From the human T2T-CHM13v2.0 reference genome, Homo sapiens, in the NCBI RefSeq assembly GCF_009914755.1, contig NC_060947.1: a DNA stretch of 64,000 nt; one strand, 5' to 3'. A model generated the notes under the pieces. That model was not told the origin of the DNA. It was given only the letters and a program-made list of their open reading frames with translations, and did no database searches. The translations under genes were made by a program, and so were the position numbers. Positions 12,568 through 28,900 of this stretch are shown piece by piece (position 1 is the stretch's first letter; each line of letters opens with the position of its first letter).

Positions 12568-15553
12568 GCTGTGCATTGATCTGTGCTCAAGTTGATTGAG
12601 AGTATTAACATGGGAGACCATATAAATTCAGGTTCCTTGTGTACATCTGTGTCTTGCTGTGAAGTTCTAGACCCTCAGACATCTCTATAATCTGACTCTA
12701 TTCAACATTTTCCATATAAGTCATTCACTCCAGCAATGTCTCCTAAATACTTCCTAGGAAATTCCTGTTTTAATGCCCTAGCTCCTGCTGTTTCACTTGC
12801 CCAGGATGCTTTCTTATCTCATCTGTAAAACTCCTCCCAGATTCTTTAATACAGAGGGCTCTTTCCATCTGAATTATAATGGAATTTATTGGCTGCAGCA
12901 TCATCTGACATTCGTCAATCACAAACAGGTCATAGCTAATTTACAATTGGTCTGAGCTGCAAAGTTCATTTGTATTTCAGGTGTCTGAAGTACAGAAGCC
13001 ATTTTTTCATGTAAAATCTTTTATAAATGGTTGTTAGGTTTCAAGGCTAGTCCATAAAACCAATTTACTCTATAATGTAGCTAAAGTATGGGGACATTTG
13101 CGATGCAGAAGAGTAGAAAGTAATATTCTTAAATGTAGAAGAGAAAACAAAATTGAACAAGAAGTTCTTTTATGTATTTGAAAAGCTAGTGCTTGAGAAA
13201 AATCAGGTTAAATTCAAGAGGTAAATTGAGAATTTCATGGAAATTCTGAAGAGGACTTCTGGAAAGTTTCAAGGCAATTAGAGCCTGAAGATGCTAATTC
13301 TTTAGTATGTTTAACTTCTCTTCAAAACTTTTAAAAAAGTTATCCTGGTCTAGGTGTGTTTTTACACTACATTGTATGTGTACCAGCTATGCTTAGGGTT
13401 GCTTTATTTTTTCAGTTTGGATTTTTTTCATGGCTCACAACAAAGGCAGCAAATGCATGTAGTTTTTTTATCCAAGGGGTTATAAAATTTCTTTAATCTG
13501 GAAAACACAATTATGTGTATTCTGGCTCAGATTCTTTCTATCTGCCCATGGTCCTTCTCTGTGTTTCTGTCTCTCTCTCTCTCTCTCTGACTACTCATGG
13601 GCAGTATCATTTACCCTTGGTTTTACAGTCCCATAGCAAGCTGCTTCTTAGGAGCAAGTAGCTAAATATAAATGACTAGAGTGAAAATTTAGTTCCATGC
13701 CCCTACTTTCTGGCTTGCGTTCACACTGACTAACTTCTCTTACCTGGCATGGCCTACAGCCAATGGATTGGGACACTCAGGGCCTTCCTTTGGGGCTAGA
13801 GACTATAGCACAAACTGAGGGGCCTATTCTACAAGGTGGAGTTAACATTAACTTCTTAATTCATCCTGACCCCTAAAGGTCAGCCTCAGAGAGACGAAGG
13901 ATGTTTAGGTGGGAGCTAAAGCAGACAGGGGGAATCTTGGGGGTGGGAGCAGCTCTCTGATGTTGATCTAGAGATGCCCATAGGGTAATTTAAATCAGTT
14001 GCTCAGGAGTCAGACAGAGCTTGTAGAAATGAAATTATAGGCATCACTCACAAATGGATCCCTCTTTCACAACCATTTTAAAATTTTGTTTACTGCCGTT
14101 TCCAATTTAGTTAATAAAATGTAGGTTCTGTGAGAGCAGACACTTGATTTTGCTCACTGCTATATCCCTAGCACCTATAATAGGGCATGACATAGAGTAG
14201 GAATGAAATAAATATGTTTTCAATAAATCAATGAATGAATAGTATTTTTCATTTAAAACCAGACCTTTTTCTTACATTTCTTCTGGTGACTCAAGGCCTT
14301 TTCTATCCTATTCTGAATATTGTAGCTTCCGCAGATGTTGTCTACAGAATCATCTAGAACAAAAGATCTTTACAAGTATCCAACAACTGAAGTAACTATA
14401 CCCGTATTGGTCATGTTTAAAGCCATCATCATTGATTTAAGAAACCACATCTTCTCTAAGAGCACTCATCTCTCAGTCACCTCCCTACTAGCCTTTCTAG
14501 GTGTCACTGAGACAATGTCCCATACTTCCACAGATCTTGATCTTCATAGACAGATATTTGCCTGAACAAGAACACATTTAGATATTAATTTCATTTTTGT
14601 AATCTATTCTAAAGTGACAAGTGACTGTTTTCAAACTACAGTTGATTGAATAAGAAGTAGAGCACAGTACTTTTTGCCATCCATAGTCTATTTTCTTGCA
14701 CCATTAACTCATGAACAGATCAATATCTACACTATCAAGGTATGAAACGAGAACCTACCAATTATATCATTCATTTGTGTGTTTCTTTGACTGTGTCTTT
14801 TTAGCAGCTAGATTTTAGCAAAACTTTTTCCAAAACTAAAAATTTGGGGCTGATGGTCTGTCCTGAAATTGTTAAAGCATTTCTTCTTCTCTCATTCTGC
14901 TATTTCATAATGACCTTAGTCTTATTTTTAATGTTGAACGTGGCTTTGATTTTGTTTATTTATAATTCAGAGGTAAGCAATAAATGTACTGTTCAAAGAG
15001 AAATACTTATAATCCAGTTATGGATGTCGGTTTATATTACATTTATACACACTTAGGAGGAGACTATCACCAAAGTTGCTGGTTGGGTGAATTTGAATAA
15101 GTTGATGCACATTTAATCAACAGATTGAATGAAAAAGGATTGCCACTTGCTAATTGAATGGAATAACAGAGGAGGAAAATTTCAAAACATGCCTCTCTTT
15201 TGCCAAAGGAGTAAATCTGAAGAAAGCTCTTTTTCTTTCCTTTTTTAGGCTGAAGTAGCAATTTCTAACCCTTATTGTTTTTGTGGCAAGTGACAAGAAA
15301 ATGCATTTTTGTGTCCAATTCCTCTTTTTCATTGTTTTGCTGCCATAAAACTGCTGGGTGCCAACTAGGATGTCTTCTCACCAAGAGAAGAAGGGATTCT
15401 TGTCTGATAGATAATATCAGTGGGGCAGCTGTTATTTTGATTTGCTTATTTGGAAAGCTGAAGTTTACCTGTATGCCTCTTGCCAAGCAAAGAAATTCAG
15501 TGAAAGGAAGATGAGAACTGAGAAGAGACAGAGTTTTGTTAAGATACTTAATT

Positions 15554-15740
15554 CAGCCTGGGCAACGTAGGGATACCTTGTCTCTACAGAAAACAAAATT
15601 ATCCGGGCATGGTGGCACACACCTACGGTCCCAGCAGTCCCAGCTACTTGAGAGGCTGAGGTGAGAAGATCGCTTGGGAATAGGAGGTTGCGGCTCTGCA
15701 CTCCAGCCTGGGTGACAGAGTGAGACTCTTGTCTAAAAAA
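15554..15740 (+). mobile_element. 5'-truncated old Alu (AluJ-like) with 12-bp TSD
   Basis: CAGCCTGGGCAAC...GACAGAGTGAGACTCTTGTCTAAAAAA. AGATACTTAATT occurs at 15542-15553 and 15742-15753. Confidence 0.88.
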
Positions 15741-16319
15741 TAGATACTTAATTGTCTCTGCACCAGATTTCTTCTAATAGCATGGTTTCAACTGTTCCCA
15801 GAAATATCCAGCTATTCTCTGCCCATGACTCCATATCTTCCAGCCTCTTTTAGTAACCATGTTTTAATAATATTATCAAATTTTGCTCCCTAATTCCCTG
15901 TATTATATCCAAATTTCCAAATAGTTTGGGGTGCCTTTTATTCAACCTCTAACAGCAGTCTGAACTCATATGAGTCAGAAGGATACTTTACCAATACTGC
16001 ACTGGTTCCATAAAAAGCATGCAGTTCTCATTAGTGCAGTCAACAGAGTCAGCAAAGGGATTATGTGGACAATCATCTATCAGGCTAACCACCCAAGCCT
16101 CTGACCAAGACTATATATCTAAAATGCCCCAGAAATGCTCCTATTTTTTTAATTCTAAAAACGTTTATTTTTCTAATTATAAAGGTAGTTGCTTATCATT
16201 ATAAGAGAAAAAAGGTTGGAAAATATGAAATAAACAAAACCAAAAGCGCAAAGAAGATAATACAAGTTACTTTAGCTTAACACATTATCTTACTTTTGGT
16301 CTTTCCTGTGTGCAAGGAC

Positions 16320-16795
16320 CTGTTTCATTTACTGCTACAAAATTTAGTGGCTTAGAACAATAGATTATTATTTCTCATGCTTCTGTGTGTTGACTTGGCA
16401 GTTTTGTTTCATGTGCTGTCAGTTGTGATGCTGGGATAACTGAACGGTCCAAAATGATCTCATTCACATGGCTAATAAGTTGGTGCTGGCTGTTGGCTGA
16501 TTGCTCAGCTGGGATTGTTGTCTAAGGGCTTGGTTTTCCTTCATGTGGGCCTCTTCACATGGCTTCTTGGGTTTCCTCCCAGCAACACAGCTGGGTTCAA
16601 GAAGGTGTGTACTAAGTGGTGAAAGCAGAAATTTCAGATATTTTAAGACTCAACTTCAGAAGTTACAAAGCATCATTTCTGCCACATTCTATTGGTGAAA
16701 GTTAATCACAGGGATAGCCCAAAGTCAATGTGGGAAGGTGTGAACACTAGCAAGTATGGTTCACAGTGGGGGGTTATATTGTAGACTAGCTTCCA
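16320..16795 (-). mobile_element. MLT1-type MaLR LTR
   Basis: CAAAATTTAGTGGCTTAGAACAA...GTCCAAAATGATCTCATTCACATGGCT...CATTTCTGCCACATTCTATTGGT. Confidence 0.72.
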
Positions 16796-16807
16796 CAGAG
16801 CTCTTTC

Positions 16808-16961
16808 CTTCCCTTCTTCCCTTCCCTCTTTCCTTCTCTTCTCTTTTTTCTCTTCCCTTTACCCTTTTCTTTTCTTTTCTTTTGAGTTTCTTTTCTTTTC
16901 TTTTCTTGTCTTTGAGTTTTGCTCTTGTTGCCCAGGCTGGAGTGCACTGGCATGATCTCGT
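16808..16961 (-). mobile_element. Tiny 5'-truncated Alu with a decayed pyrimidine-rich tail
   Basis: About 50 nt of Alu 3' end (GAGTTTTGCTCTTGTTGCCCAGGCTGGAGTGC) plus a ~100-nt C/T tract, flanked by CACAGAGC(T/C)CTTTC. Confidence 0.8.
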
Positions 16962-17184
16962 CACAGAGCCCTTTCAATCCCCCTGCCCCAGCCACCTTGT
17001 CCCTCTGTAGCCACAATGGGGCAGATTTGTGAAATGTGGATGGTGACGGTGGTGTGTATATGTAAGGCAGTCAGGTTGAGGGGATCAGTTTGATACACAA
17101 CTGAGCTCCCCAATGCTGAATGACTCCTTATGTCTGGTTTTTGTTCTATTTCTAAGTAAATGACCATCAAAAAGTGTGATGAAA

Positions 17185-17472
17185 ATCAGGGTCTCAGCTT
17201 AAATATCACTTCCTCAAAAAAGTCTTGACTGTACACTCTGTTCCCATTTTAACTAGATTCCCCCCATTATTTTCACCTTCGTTTATCATAGTTTTCATAA
17301 TTTCTAGCTTATGATTTTTTATGTATTCATGTAATTGTTTGTTTTATGGTGTTTTGTTCACAATTCCATCAGCCACATGAAAGCAGGGAATTAGTGTATA
17401 TTGTTCAGATAAGCACATAGCACAGAGCATAATAGAGAATAGGTGCTTGCTGAATATTTGTTGAATGAATGG
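17185..17472 (+). mobile_element. L2 3' end
   Basis: TCTCAGCTTAAATATCACTTCCTC...GAATATTTGTTGAATGAATG. Confidence 0.7.
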
Positions 17473-18244
17473 GTGACTGAAAGGAAATCTGAATGTCTGT
17501 CCTCATCACTCTTTCACTCACACACATGCAACTATAATAATCAGTCCTGGCTTGTAAATAGGAAGCTCTTAGTAACTATCTTCCTCAAATCTGTTGGAGA
17601 TAAAGAAAGTGATGCAGGGAAATTTCAATCAAAGTCCTATTGTGACATCTAGTTTCTATAAGAGAAGGCTATTTTCAGGTTCTTTCCATACTGAAAATTG
17701 CAGTTTGGTTTTCATACCATTTCATACCACTTCCAATGACCCCAAATTGCCACCTAAATGTCTCATGTTTACATTTACTATAACCAGTCCCATTTCAGCA
17801 TTTGAGATTCAATCCTATTAGCTTTCAATTCTCTGCCATTGATACCATCATGTACCCAGTTATCCCCAATCATCTTTGCCACTTTGCTCATCTCCTCTTT
17901 TCTATACACAGTCATTTTCCAAGGCCTATTCTGTCTTCTATTTTCTGTCTTCTATTCTCAGCTTCCATACCACTACATTACTTCATATCCCTACCACCTC
18001 TTTTCTGGGTAAATCTCCTTCCTCCACTCTTGTCAGCTCCAATCCATTCTCCACACTGTCTGTAAGAATGAACTTTCTAAAATGTAAATCTAACCATGTT
18101 ACTTACTGTCAGTATTAGTCCACTGCTAGGTTGAATATTTATCGAATGAATGGGTGACTGAAAGGAAATCTGAATGTCTGTCCTTATGGCTGCTACCATA
18201 GGTTGTGGCTCTCTTATTTTATATACAGAAAAAATGGACAGCCT

Positions 18245-19760
18245 CATTCATTCATTTTTTAAGTTCAACAAACATTCATTGAGTACTTATCATGTGCCAG
18301 ACACTAAGAAAACAAAAATTTCATGATCAGGTTTCCATCTTTGAGGAACTGACAGTCTCATTGGAGCATATAATGATTCTGTTATTGCAATCTATTAGTG
18401 CTATTAGAGGCATTTTATTAAAATAGAGGGCAAAGCAACAAACTGTTTGGGGGATTGGAACATGGGGAAGAGTTGGGGTGGAGAAGTTGCAGGAATGGCA
18501 GAATAAATGAACTAAGTCATGAAAGAAGAGAAGTTCAACCAATGGCCAAGGAGAAGAAATGTATAAAACAGAGGAAGAAGAGCACTTGTAAAGGCATGAG
18601 GATATGAGAAAGTAAGGCACTCAATATGGCTAGAACTTAAGAGTGTACAGGAAAAAGAGGGGGAAGATGTGGCCTAAACAAAGGCCATAATTCTATAAGA
18701 GCTATATACTACCTACTATGTAGTTCTGTATTTGAATTGAAGGGTTTTAAGTAGGCTAGTGATATAGTTTAGATCCGCGTTCCCACTCCCCGCCCAAATT
18801 TCATATCAATTGTAATCCCCAATGTTGGAGGTAGGGCTTTGGGGGAGGTGATTTGATCATGGGGGTGGCTACTTATGAATGGTTTAGCACCATCTCCCTT
18901 GGTGCTGTGTTGAAATAGTGAGTGATTTCTTGTGAGATCTGGTTGTTTAACAGTATGTAGCACCTCCCCTCTCTCTCTTTTCCTCCTGCGTTAGCCATGT
19001 GAGATGCCTCGCTCCCCCTTTGCCTTCCATCATGATTGGAAGCATCCTGAAGCCCCCCCAGAAGCAGAAGCTGCTATACTTCCTGTATACTCTGTAGAAC
19101 CATGAGCTAATTAAACTTCTTTTCTTTATAAATTATTCAGTCTTAGGTATTTCTTTATAGCAATGAGAGAATGGACTAATGCAGACAGTAACATGGTTAC
19201 ATTTACATTTTAGAAAGTTTACTCTTACAGACAATGTGGAGAATGGATTGGAAATGGCAAGAGTAGAGAGAGGAGATTTACCCAGAAAAGAGGTGATGGG
19301 AATCTGAAGTAATGTAGTGGTTTGGAAGCTTAGAATATAGGACAGAGTGGAAGAGTGACATGAAGGAGAGTACCGGAAACAGAGAGACCAGATAATATTA
19401 GGGATGAAATAGGATTGGTCAATTTTGTGACTCTAGCAAAAGTGCTATCAGGTAGTATTGAGACTGAAACCAGATTTCAGTGGGGGAAGTGAGGAAGTAG
19501 AGACAGAATAGGCAAATATTTACAGACATTTGGAATAAAGAGTAACAGGATGATGTTTATGAGGAACAACATGGGTGAAGTTGACTCTTGTTAATTTAAT
19601 ATTGTTCTTTAGCAGATGAGAGCTTAGGGTGTATATTTACTGAGAGGAAAAAGTCCACGGGAACAGATAAGTTGACTTTACAGGAGAAAGACGGGATAGT
19701 TGCTGGAGAGGGACCCTAAGGAGATAGAAGGCGAAGATAAAATGGAACTCAAGAGGAGAG
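18245..19760 (-). mobile_element. L2 fragments split by an MST LTR
   Basis: TTCAACAAACATTCATTGAGTACTTATCATGTGCCAG tail. L2 resumes after the LTR (TTTACATTTTAGAAAG...TGTGGAGAATGGATTGG). Confidence 0.65.
18760..19183 (+). mobile_element. MSTA-type MaLR solo LTR
   Basis: TGATATAGTTTAGATC...GTAATCCCCAATGTTGGAGG...GAATGGACTAATGCA. Confidence 0.87.
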
Positions 19761-19789
19761 TGGTGCAGTCGTTGCTCACTCTCAGACTA

Positions 19790-20000
19790 CAGTAGTGATG
19801 AGGGTGATCTTGAAATCAAATAGGCCTAGATTCAAATCTCAGCGCTGCCATTTGCTATCTGGGTAAACCTGACAAGCACTTAATCACTCCAAATATCCAT
19901 TTTCTCAGTTACAAATTGAGGATAACTAAACCTTTCTCACAATGTAGTTGTAAGGATTACATGAAAGAGTAAATGATAAAAATGGTAGTTATTACTACCA
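19790..20000 (+). mobile_element. MIR SINE
   Basis: CCTAGATTCAAATCTCAGCGCTGCCATTTGCTA...ACAAGCACTTAATC...GTTGTAAGGATTA. Confidence 0.7.
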
Positions 20001-20667
20001 ATGAGAACAGGATGGGGGTAAGCTAGAGATAAATTTGGCAGTAGAAGGCCAAGAATGGAAAGATATTCCAACCGAAGTCCTCTAAATTTCTCAAAAAAGC
20101 TTAGCTGATAAAAATTCAAGCAATGGGGGTGGTTAAAGGGTTGAAGGAAAGTGTTAAAAACTTGGAATCTGCTAAGAGGAAGGAGAGAGTGAGGTTTGAG
20201 AAAAAAAAGATTGCTGATCAGCATCAAGGGCCTTGACTTTATTCCTGTCCTTCAGTCTCTTCCCCTCGAATCCATCTTGCACAGTAGCACTTGATTAATA
20301 TTCTCAAAAGGATACATTCATCATGTCACTCCAATACATGTCTACTAAATAAAGTTCATGCTTCTCTGTTTGGCATTTCACGCCATCTGCATTCAGATGT
20401 CTTCCTGCTATGGAAGCTTCTGCAAGCCCACAAACCAGCTAGAATATTTACAGTTCCCCATATTTGTCTTTTGTTTCCAATTCTGAACCTTGTTTGTGTT
20501 ATTCCCTGTACTCTCAACTGAAGTTCATTTCAACAGTTTATACTGTGCAAGCTTCAGGGTCCTGAAGAGCTGGGTTCCAATATGAACTCTTCCACTAACC
20601 AGCCATATGATCTTAGGCAAGGGATTTTGCTTCTCTGTGCCTTAGTTTCCTTGTGTATACAATAGGG

Positions 20668-21050
20668 TGTCTTAGTCCATTTTGTACTGGTATAACATAA
20701 TACTTGAGACTAGGGAATTTATAATGAACAGAAATTTATTTCCTCACAGTTCTGGAGGCTGGGAAGTCCAAGACCAAGGAGCTGGCATCTTATGAGAACC
20801 TTCTCGCTGCCTCATCCCATGGTGGAAGGTGGAAGAGGAAAAGAGGGCGAGAGAGAGAGAGGCAAAAGGGGGTTGTACTCATCCTTTTGTAACAAATCCA
20901 CTACCACGGTAGTGGCATTAATCTATTTATGAAGGCAGTACCCTCATGGCCTAATCATCTCTGAAAGGTCCCATCCGCCAATACCATCACAATGGCAATT
21001 AAATTTCAACATGAGTTTTTGAGGGGACAAACCATATCCAAACCATAGTA
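20668..21050 (-). mobile_element. MSTC/MSTD-type MaLR solo LTR nested in a MIR
   Basis: TGTCTTAGTCCATTTTG...CACAGTTCTGGAGGCTGGGAAGTCCAAG...CCAAACCATAGTA. Flanks are TAGGG/TAGAG. MIR halves lie at ~20560-20667 and 21051-21175. Confidence 0.82.
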
Positions 21051-21569
21051 TAGAGATAATAATAGAAATCACGTAGTGGTATTGACAGGATTGCCTTAAC
21101 AGATGTAAAAAAAAAAGAGAAAGCAATAGTAGATCACCCTGCACATAACGGAAACTCAGTAAGTGGTAACTATAACTCATTTGTTTACTAAACATTTACA
21201 GAATACTGGTTATATGCCAGGCACTGTGCTAGGCCTCATGGATATGGAGACGAACACTAACTACACTTGAAATCCCGCATGCCTAATTTAGTATAGGGAC
21301 ATCATCATGGCCTCAAGGAAAAGTTAGTATTGGTAATGAGTCTTGAAGAACTTGTAGATATTGCCAAGCAGTCAAGAGATTTAAGTGAAATACTCTAACT
21401 TTTTAAAAAACTTATGAAAATACTTGGAAACAATCAAAAGCCTGGTTCATTTGCTGAGTAACACAAAGAGATTGGGCATTGGTTGTAATTGTTATTATAA
21501 GCAACAGAAACTTAATCTGAAGCTGAAAAGGTATTTATTAAAAGTGTATTGGGTAGCTTCGAATGCACG

Positions 21570-22650
21570 ATGGGAAGGGATAGAGAAGGACAGGAATTGG
21601 TAAGAGATGCAGCCAGATAAGTGGTCAGGGACCAGGTCATGAAGAGCTTTATAGGACATAAGAAATTTGAACACTATTCTATTGGTGATAAGGACCTGTC
21701 ACAGGGTTTTGTTGTTGTTGTTGTTTGTTTTTCAAAGACAGTGACATCATTTGTGTGTTATAGATACATCATTCTGGCTGTTGTGTAAAGAATGGGGAGG
21801 TGATGTGTTTAGACTAGAACATGAAGACCATTATGTCAAGGTCAGACAAGATGATTGCTGAATTAAGGCAGAGAGAGTAAGACTAGAGACACAAGGATGA
21901 ATTACAGAGATCTTCGGAGGATAAAATCAACAGGACTTAGTGACTTTATTGGATTTAAGGAAAATAAGGGATTGCAATTAAGGCTAATTTACAGGCTTTT
22001 GTCTTGGGGGACTAGGTGGACACTGGTGTAGTTCATTGAGACTGATAATATAGAAGAAGGAGCAGATTTGGAGGAAGGTAGACGCTAAGGCCAGTTTTGC
22101 AGATGTTGAATTTGAAGAGTCAATAAACAGCTGTGTGAAGACTTTCAACAGGATTTTGGATGCACAAGTATCAAGTTCGAAGCAAGGTAATATAGATGTA
22201 AATTTGGGAGACACTTTAATATCAGCAGTACTTGAAACCAAAAGGGTGAATTTGATCACCTAGGGAAAGTTTATAGAGTAAGTGCAATAAAGACAGAAAT
22301 CTGAGAAAACTCAACACTGCAGGAGCAGGTAGAGAAAGAAGATTCTGAAAGACAGAATATCAAAGCATAGTTTGAGAAGTAGGAGGAGACTCAGGAGATA
22401 ATGGCATCACAAAAACCAAGATGGGAGAGAGTTTCAAAGGAGGATTGGTCCACAATGTCAAACTCTGCTAAGAGTTTCAGATGAAATCAGGACTGCAAAG
22501 CCCGCATTGATTTGACAGGCAGCAGGTCATGAGGAAATTTATCTGTGGGGAAAAGTGAAGGCAGAAGCCAGACTGCAATAGTTTGAGGAGGGAATGAAAA
22601 GAGGAAGTGAGAAACTATGTGTAAACAACTTATTCTATAAAAGTGACTAT
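21570..22650 (-). mobile_element. Long L2 fragment
   Basis: AAAATCAACAGGACTTAGTGAC, GTTTTGCAGATGTTGAATTTGA and GAGAGTTTCAAAGGAGGATTGGTC reverse L2 motifs. Confidence 0.75.
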
Positions 22651-22669
22651 AAAAGGAAAGAGAGTATTT

Positions 22670-25974
<3,305 letters not shown>

Positions 25975-25975
<1 letters not shown>

Positions 25976-28900
25976 AGGCTCACTAAAAGATAATACCTAA
26001 TAATAAGATTATAGGAGGCTTCACTTTCCTCCACATCTAACCACATTAATAGGGTTCCTTTATAATTATAGTGAATTGTAGCTGAAAAAAACTTGCAGAC
26101 TCTATTTAAGAAGTAGTTGCTAGGCAAACCCAAAGATATCAGAGAAGATAAAAATAAGGACACTAGAGGAAACTGAAGTTCACCTATATCTACAAAAAAC
26201 ATTAAACAGAGCTTAGTTCCTAGCCAGATAAACATAAAACCTCACCCTAAAGGCATACTTATCTCTCTGTTCCTATTACTTGATACATAATATCTGGTTT
26301 TCAACAAAAAATTACCAGAAGCACTAAAGGGCACACACATAAAAATGCATCAGAATGAGACTCAGATATGGCAGAGATTTTGGAATTACCAGACTGGGAA
26401 TTCAAAATACCTGTGAATAAAATGCTATGGGCTCTAATGGAAAAAGTGGACAACGTGCAAAACCACATGGGTAATGTAAGCAGTGAGAAGGAAATTTTAA
26501 GAAACAATTGAAAACAAATTCTAGAAAGAAAAAACACTGTAACAGAAATGAAGAATGCCATTGATGGGCTCATTAGTAGACTGGACACGGTAAAGGAAAA
26601 ATCAGTGAGCTTGAAGGTATGCCAATAGAAGCTTACAAAACCGCAAAAGAAAGAATAAAAAAAGACAACTGGGAACAATTAGAAAAGGTAAAACATAAGT
26701 GTAATGGGAATATCAGAAGAGAGAAGAATAGAAGAAATATTTAAAATAGTAATAGCTGAGAATTTCCTAAAATTAATGACAAACACCAAAGCACAGATTC
26801 AGGAAGCTTGGAGCCCCAACAAGCTGGATAAATACCAAAACATCTACAGGTAGGCATATCATATTCAAACCTCACAAAATCAAAGACAAAGAAAACTGTG
26901 AAAGAAGCCAGAGGAAAAGAAAAGTTGTGAAAGAAGCCAGAGGAAAATAAAAAACCTTACCTACCGAGGAGCAAGTATAAGAATTATATCATTCTTCCTT
27001 TCAGAAACCATGCAAGCAAAAAGAGAGTGAAGTATAATATTTAAATTTTGAAAAGAAAAAAAACCCCACCAACCTAGAGTTCTGCATCCTTCAAGAGTGA
27101 AGGAGAAATAAAGACTTTCAAAAAGCAATTAAAATTGTAGGGCTTTTTCACTAGTAGACCTGTTTTGCAAGAAATGTTAATAGCTCCTCACAGAGAAGGA
27201 AAGTGATATAGATCAGAAACTCAGATTTACATAAAGGAAGAATGTTAGAGAAGGAATAAATGAAGGTAAAATAAAATCTTTTATTTTTCTTATTCCTAGT
27301 TGATCTAAGAGATAACATGTTGAAATAATAATAACAATGTATTTGGTGATTGTAGTTTATCAATAAGTGAAATAAATGACAACAATGTTATGAGTGATGA
27401 GGGATAATTTGGAATTACTGTTATAAAACATCTGCATTACCTGTGAAGTACGCTATTATTTAAAAGTGGACTTATAGTAATCGTAAATTATATTAAATTG
27501 TAAATGCATACTGTACACTCTAAGGAAATTAATAAAATATTAATAAAAGAAGTATAATATGCTAAGAAAGGAGAGAAAATGAAATTATAAAATATGTACA
27601 ATTAAAATCAGAGAAGTCAGAAAAGAGGGGAAGATAAAAATGAACAAACAAGTGCAACAAACATAAAAGAGTTACAGACATGCTAGATATTAATCTAACT
27701 ATATTGTAATCACCTTAAATGTATATGCTATAACTGCATCAATTAAAAGTCAGAGGCTGTCAGAGTAGATTAAAAAACAAGACCCAACTACATGTTGTCT
27801 AAATGAAACCTTTAAATATAAATAAATAGATTAAAAGTAAAGGGGTAAGATAAAGTAAAGATACGCCATGCTAACTATAATCAAAAGGAAGCTGGGTTAG
27901 CTATATTAGTTTCACAAAGCAGACTTCAGAGCAAGGACATTTATCAAGGATAAAGAAAAGTATTATATAATGATAAAGAGGCATATTCTCTAAGAGGATG
28001 TAACAATCCTGAATGTATATGCATATAAAGGCAGAGCATCAAAATATGTGAGACAAAAACTAATAGACCTACAAGGAGAAACAGATGAATTCATTATTAT
28101 AGTTGGAGAATTCACCACCCCTCAATCAGTAATTGACAGATTCAGTTGGCAGAAAATCAGTAAGGATATAGTTGAACTCAACAGCACCATCAATCAACTA
28201 AATTTAATTGGCATTCATAGAATACTTCATCCAACAAGAGCAGAATACATATTATTCTCAAGTTGACATGGAACAACACCAGGAGAGACCACATTCTGAG
28301 CCATAAAATATACTTTAACAAATTTAAAAGACCATGAATAATACAAAATATACTTAAAGATTACAATGGAATCTTAAACTAGAAATAAGTGATAGAAAAA
28401 TAGCTGAAAAATTAAAAAAAATTGGAGATTAAGCAACACACTTCTAAATAATACACAAGTCAAAAGAAGTCTTAAGAGAAACCTTAAAATATTTTAAACT
28501 AAATGAAAATGAAAATAAAAATTATCAAAATTTGTGGGATGCAGTAAAATCAGCATTTAGAGGGAAATCTATAGCATTGAGTGCACAGATTATAGAAGAA
28601 AAAATATAAAATCAATAATCTTTGTTTCCACTTTAGGAAACTAGAGAAAGAAGAATAATATAAGTCTGAAGCAAGCAGAATAAAATAAAAATTAGATCAG
28701 TAATCAATGAAATTGAAAACAGGAAATCAATAGAGGAAAGTAATAAAATCAAAGGCTGGTTCTTTGAAAAGGTCAACAAAATTGATATATCACTAGCCAG
28801 GCTAACCATGAAAAGCAAATACGGAGGACATAAAATACTAATATCAGAAATCAAAGAGAGCCCATGGGTGTTAGAGAGGATAATAAAAGAATATTATGAT

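Noticed and set aside
26889-26947. 29-bp-period duplication of TGTGAAAGAAGCCAGAGGAAAA
   Set aside because: It is a commonplace slippage duplication inside a dead L1 ORF1.
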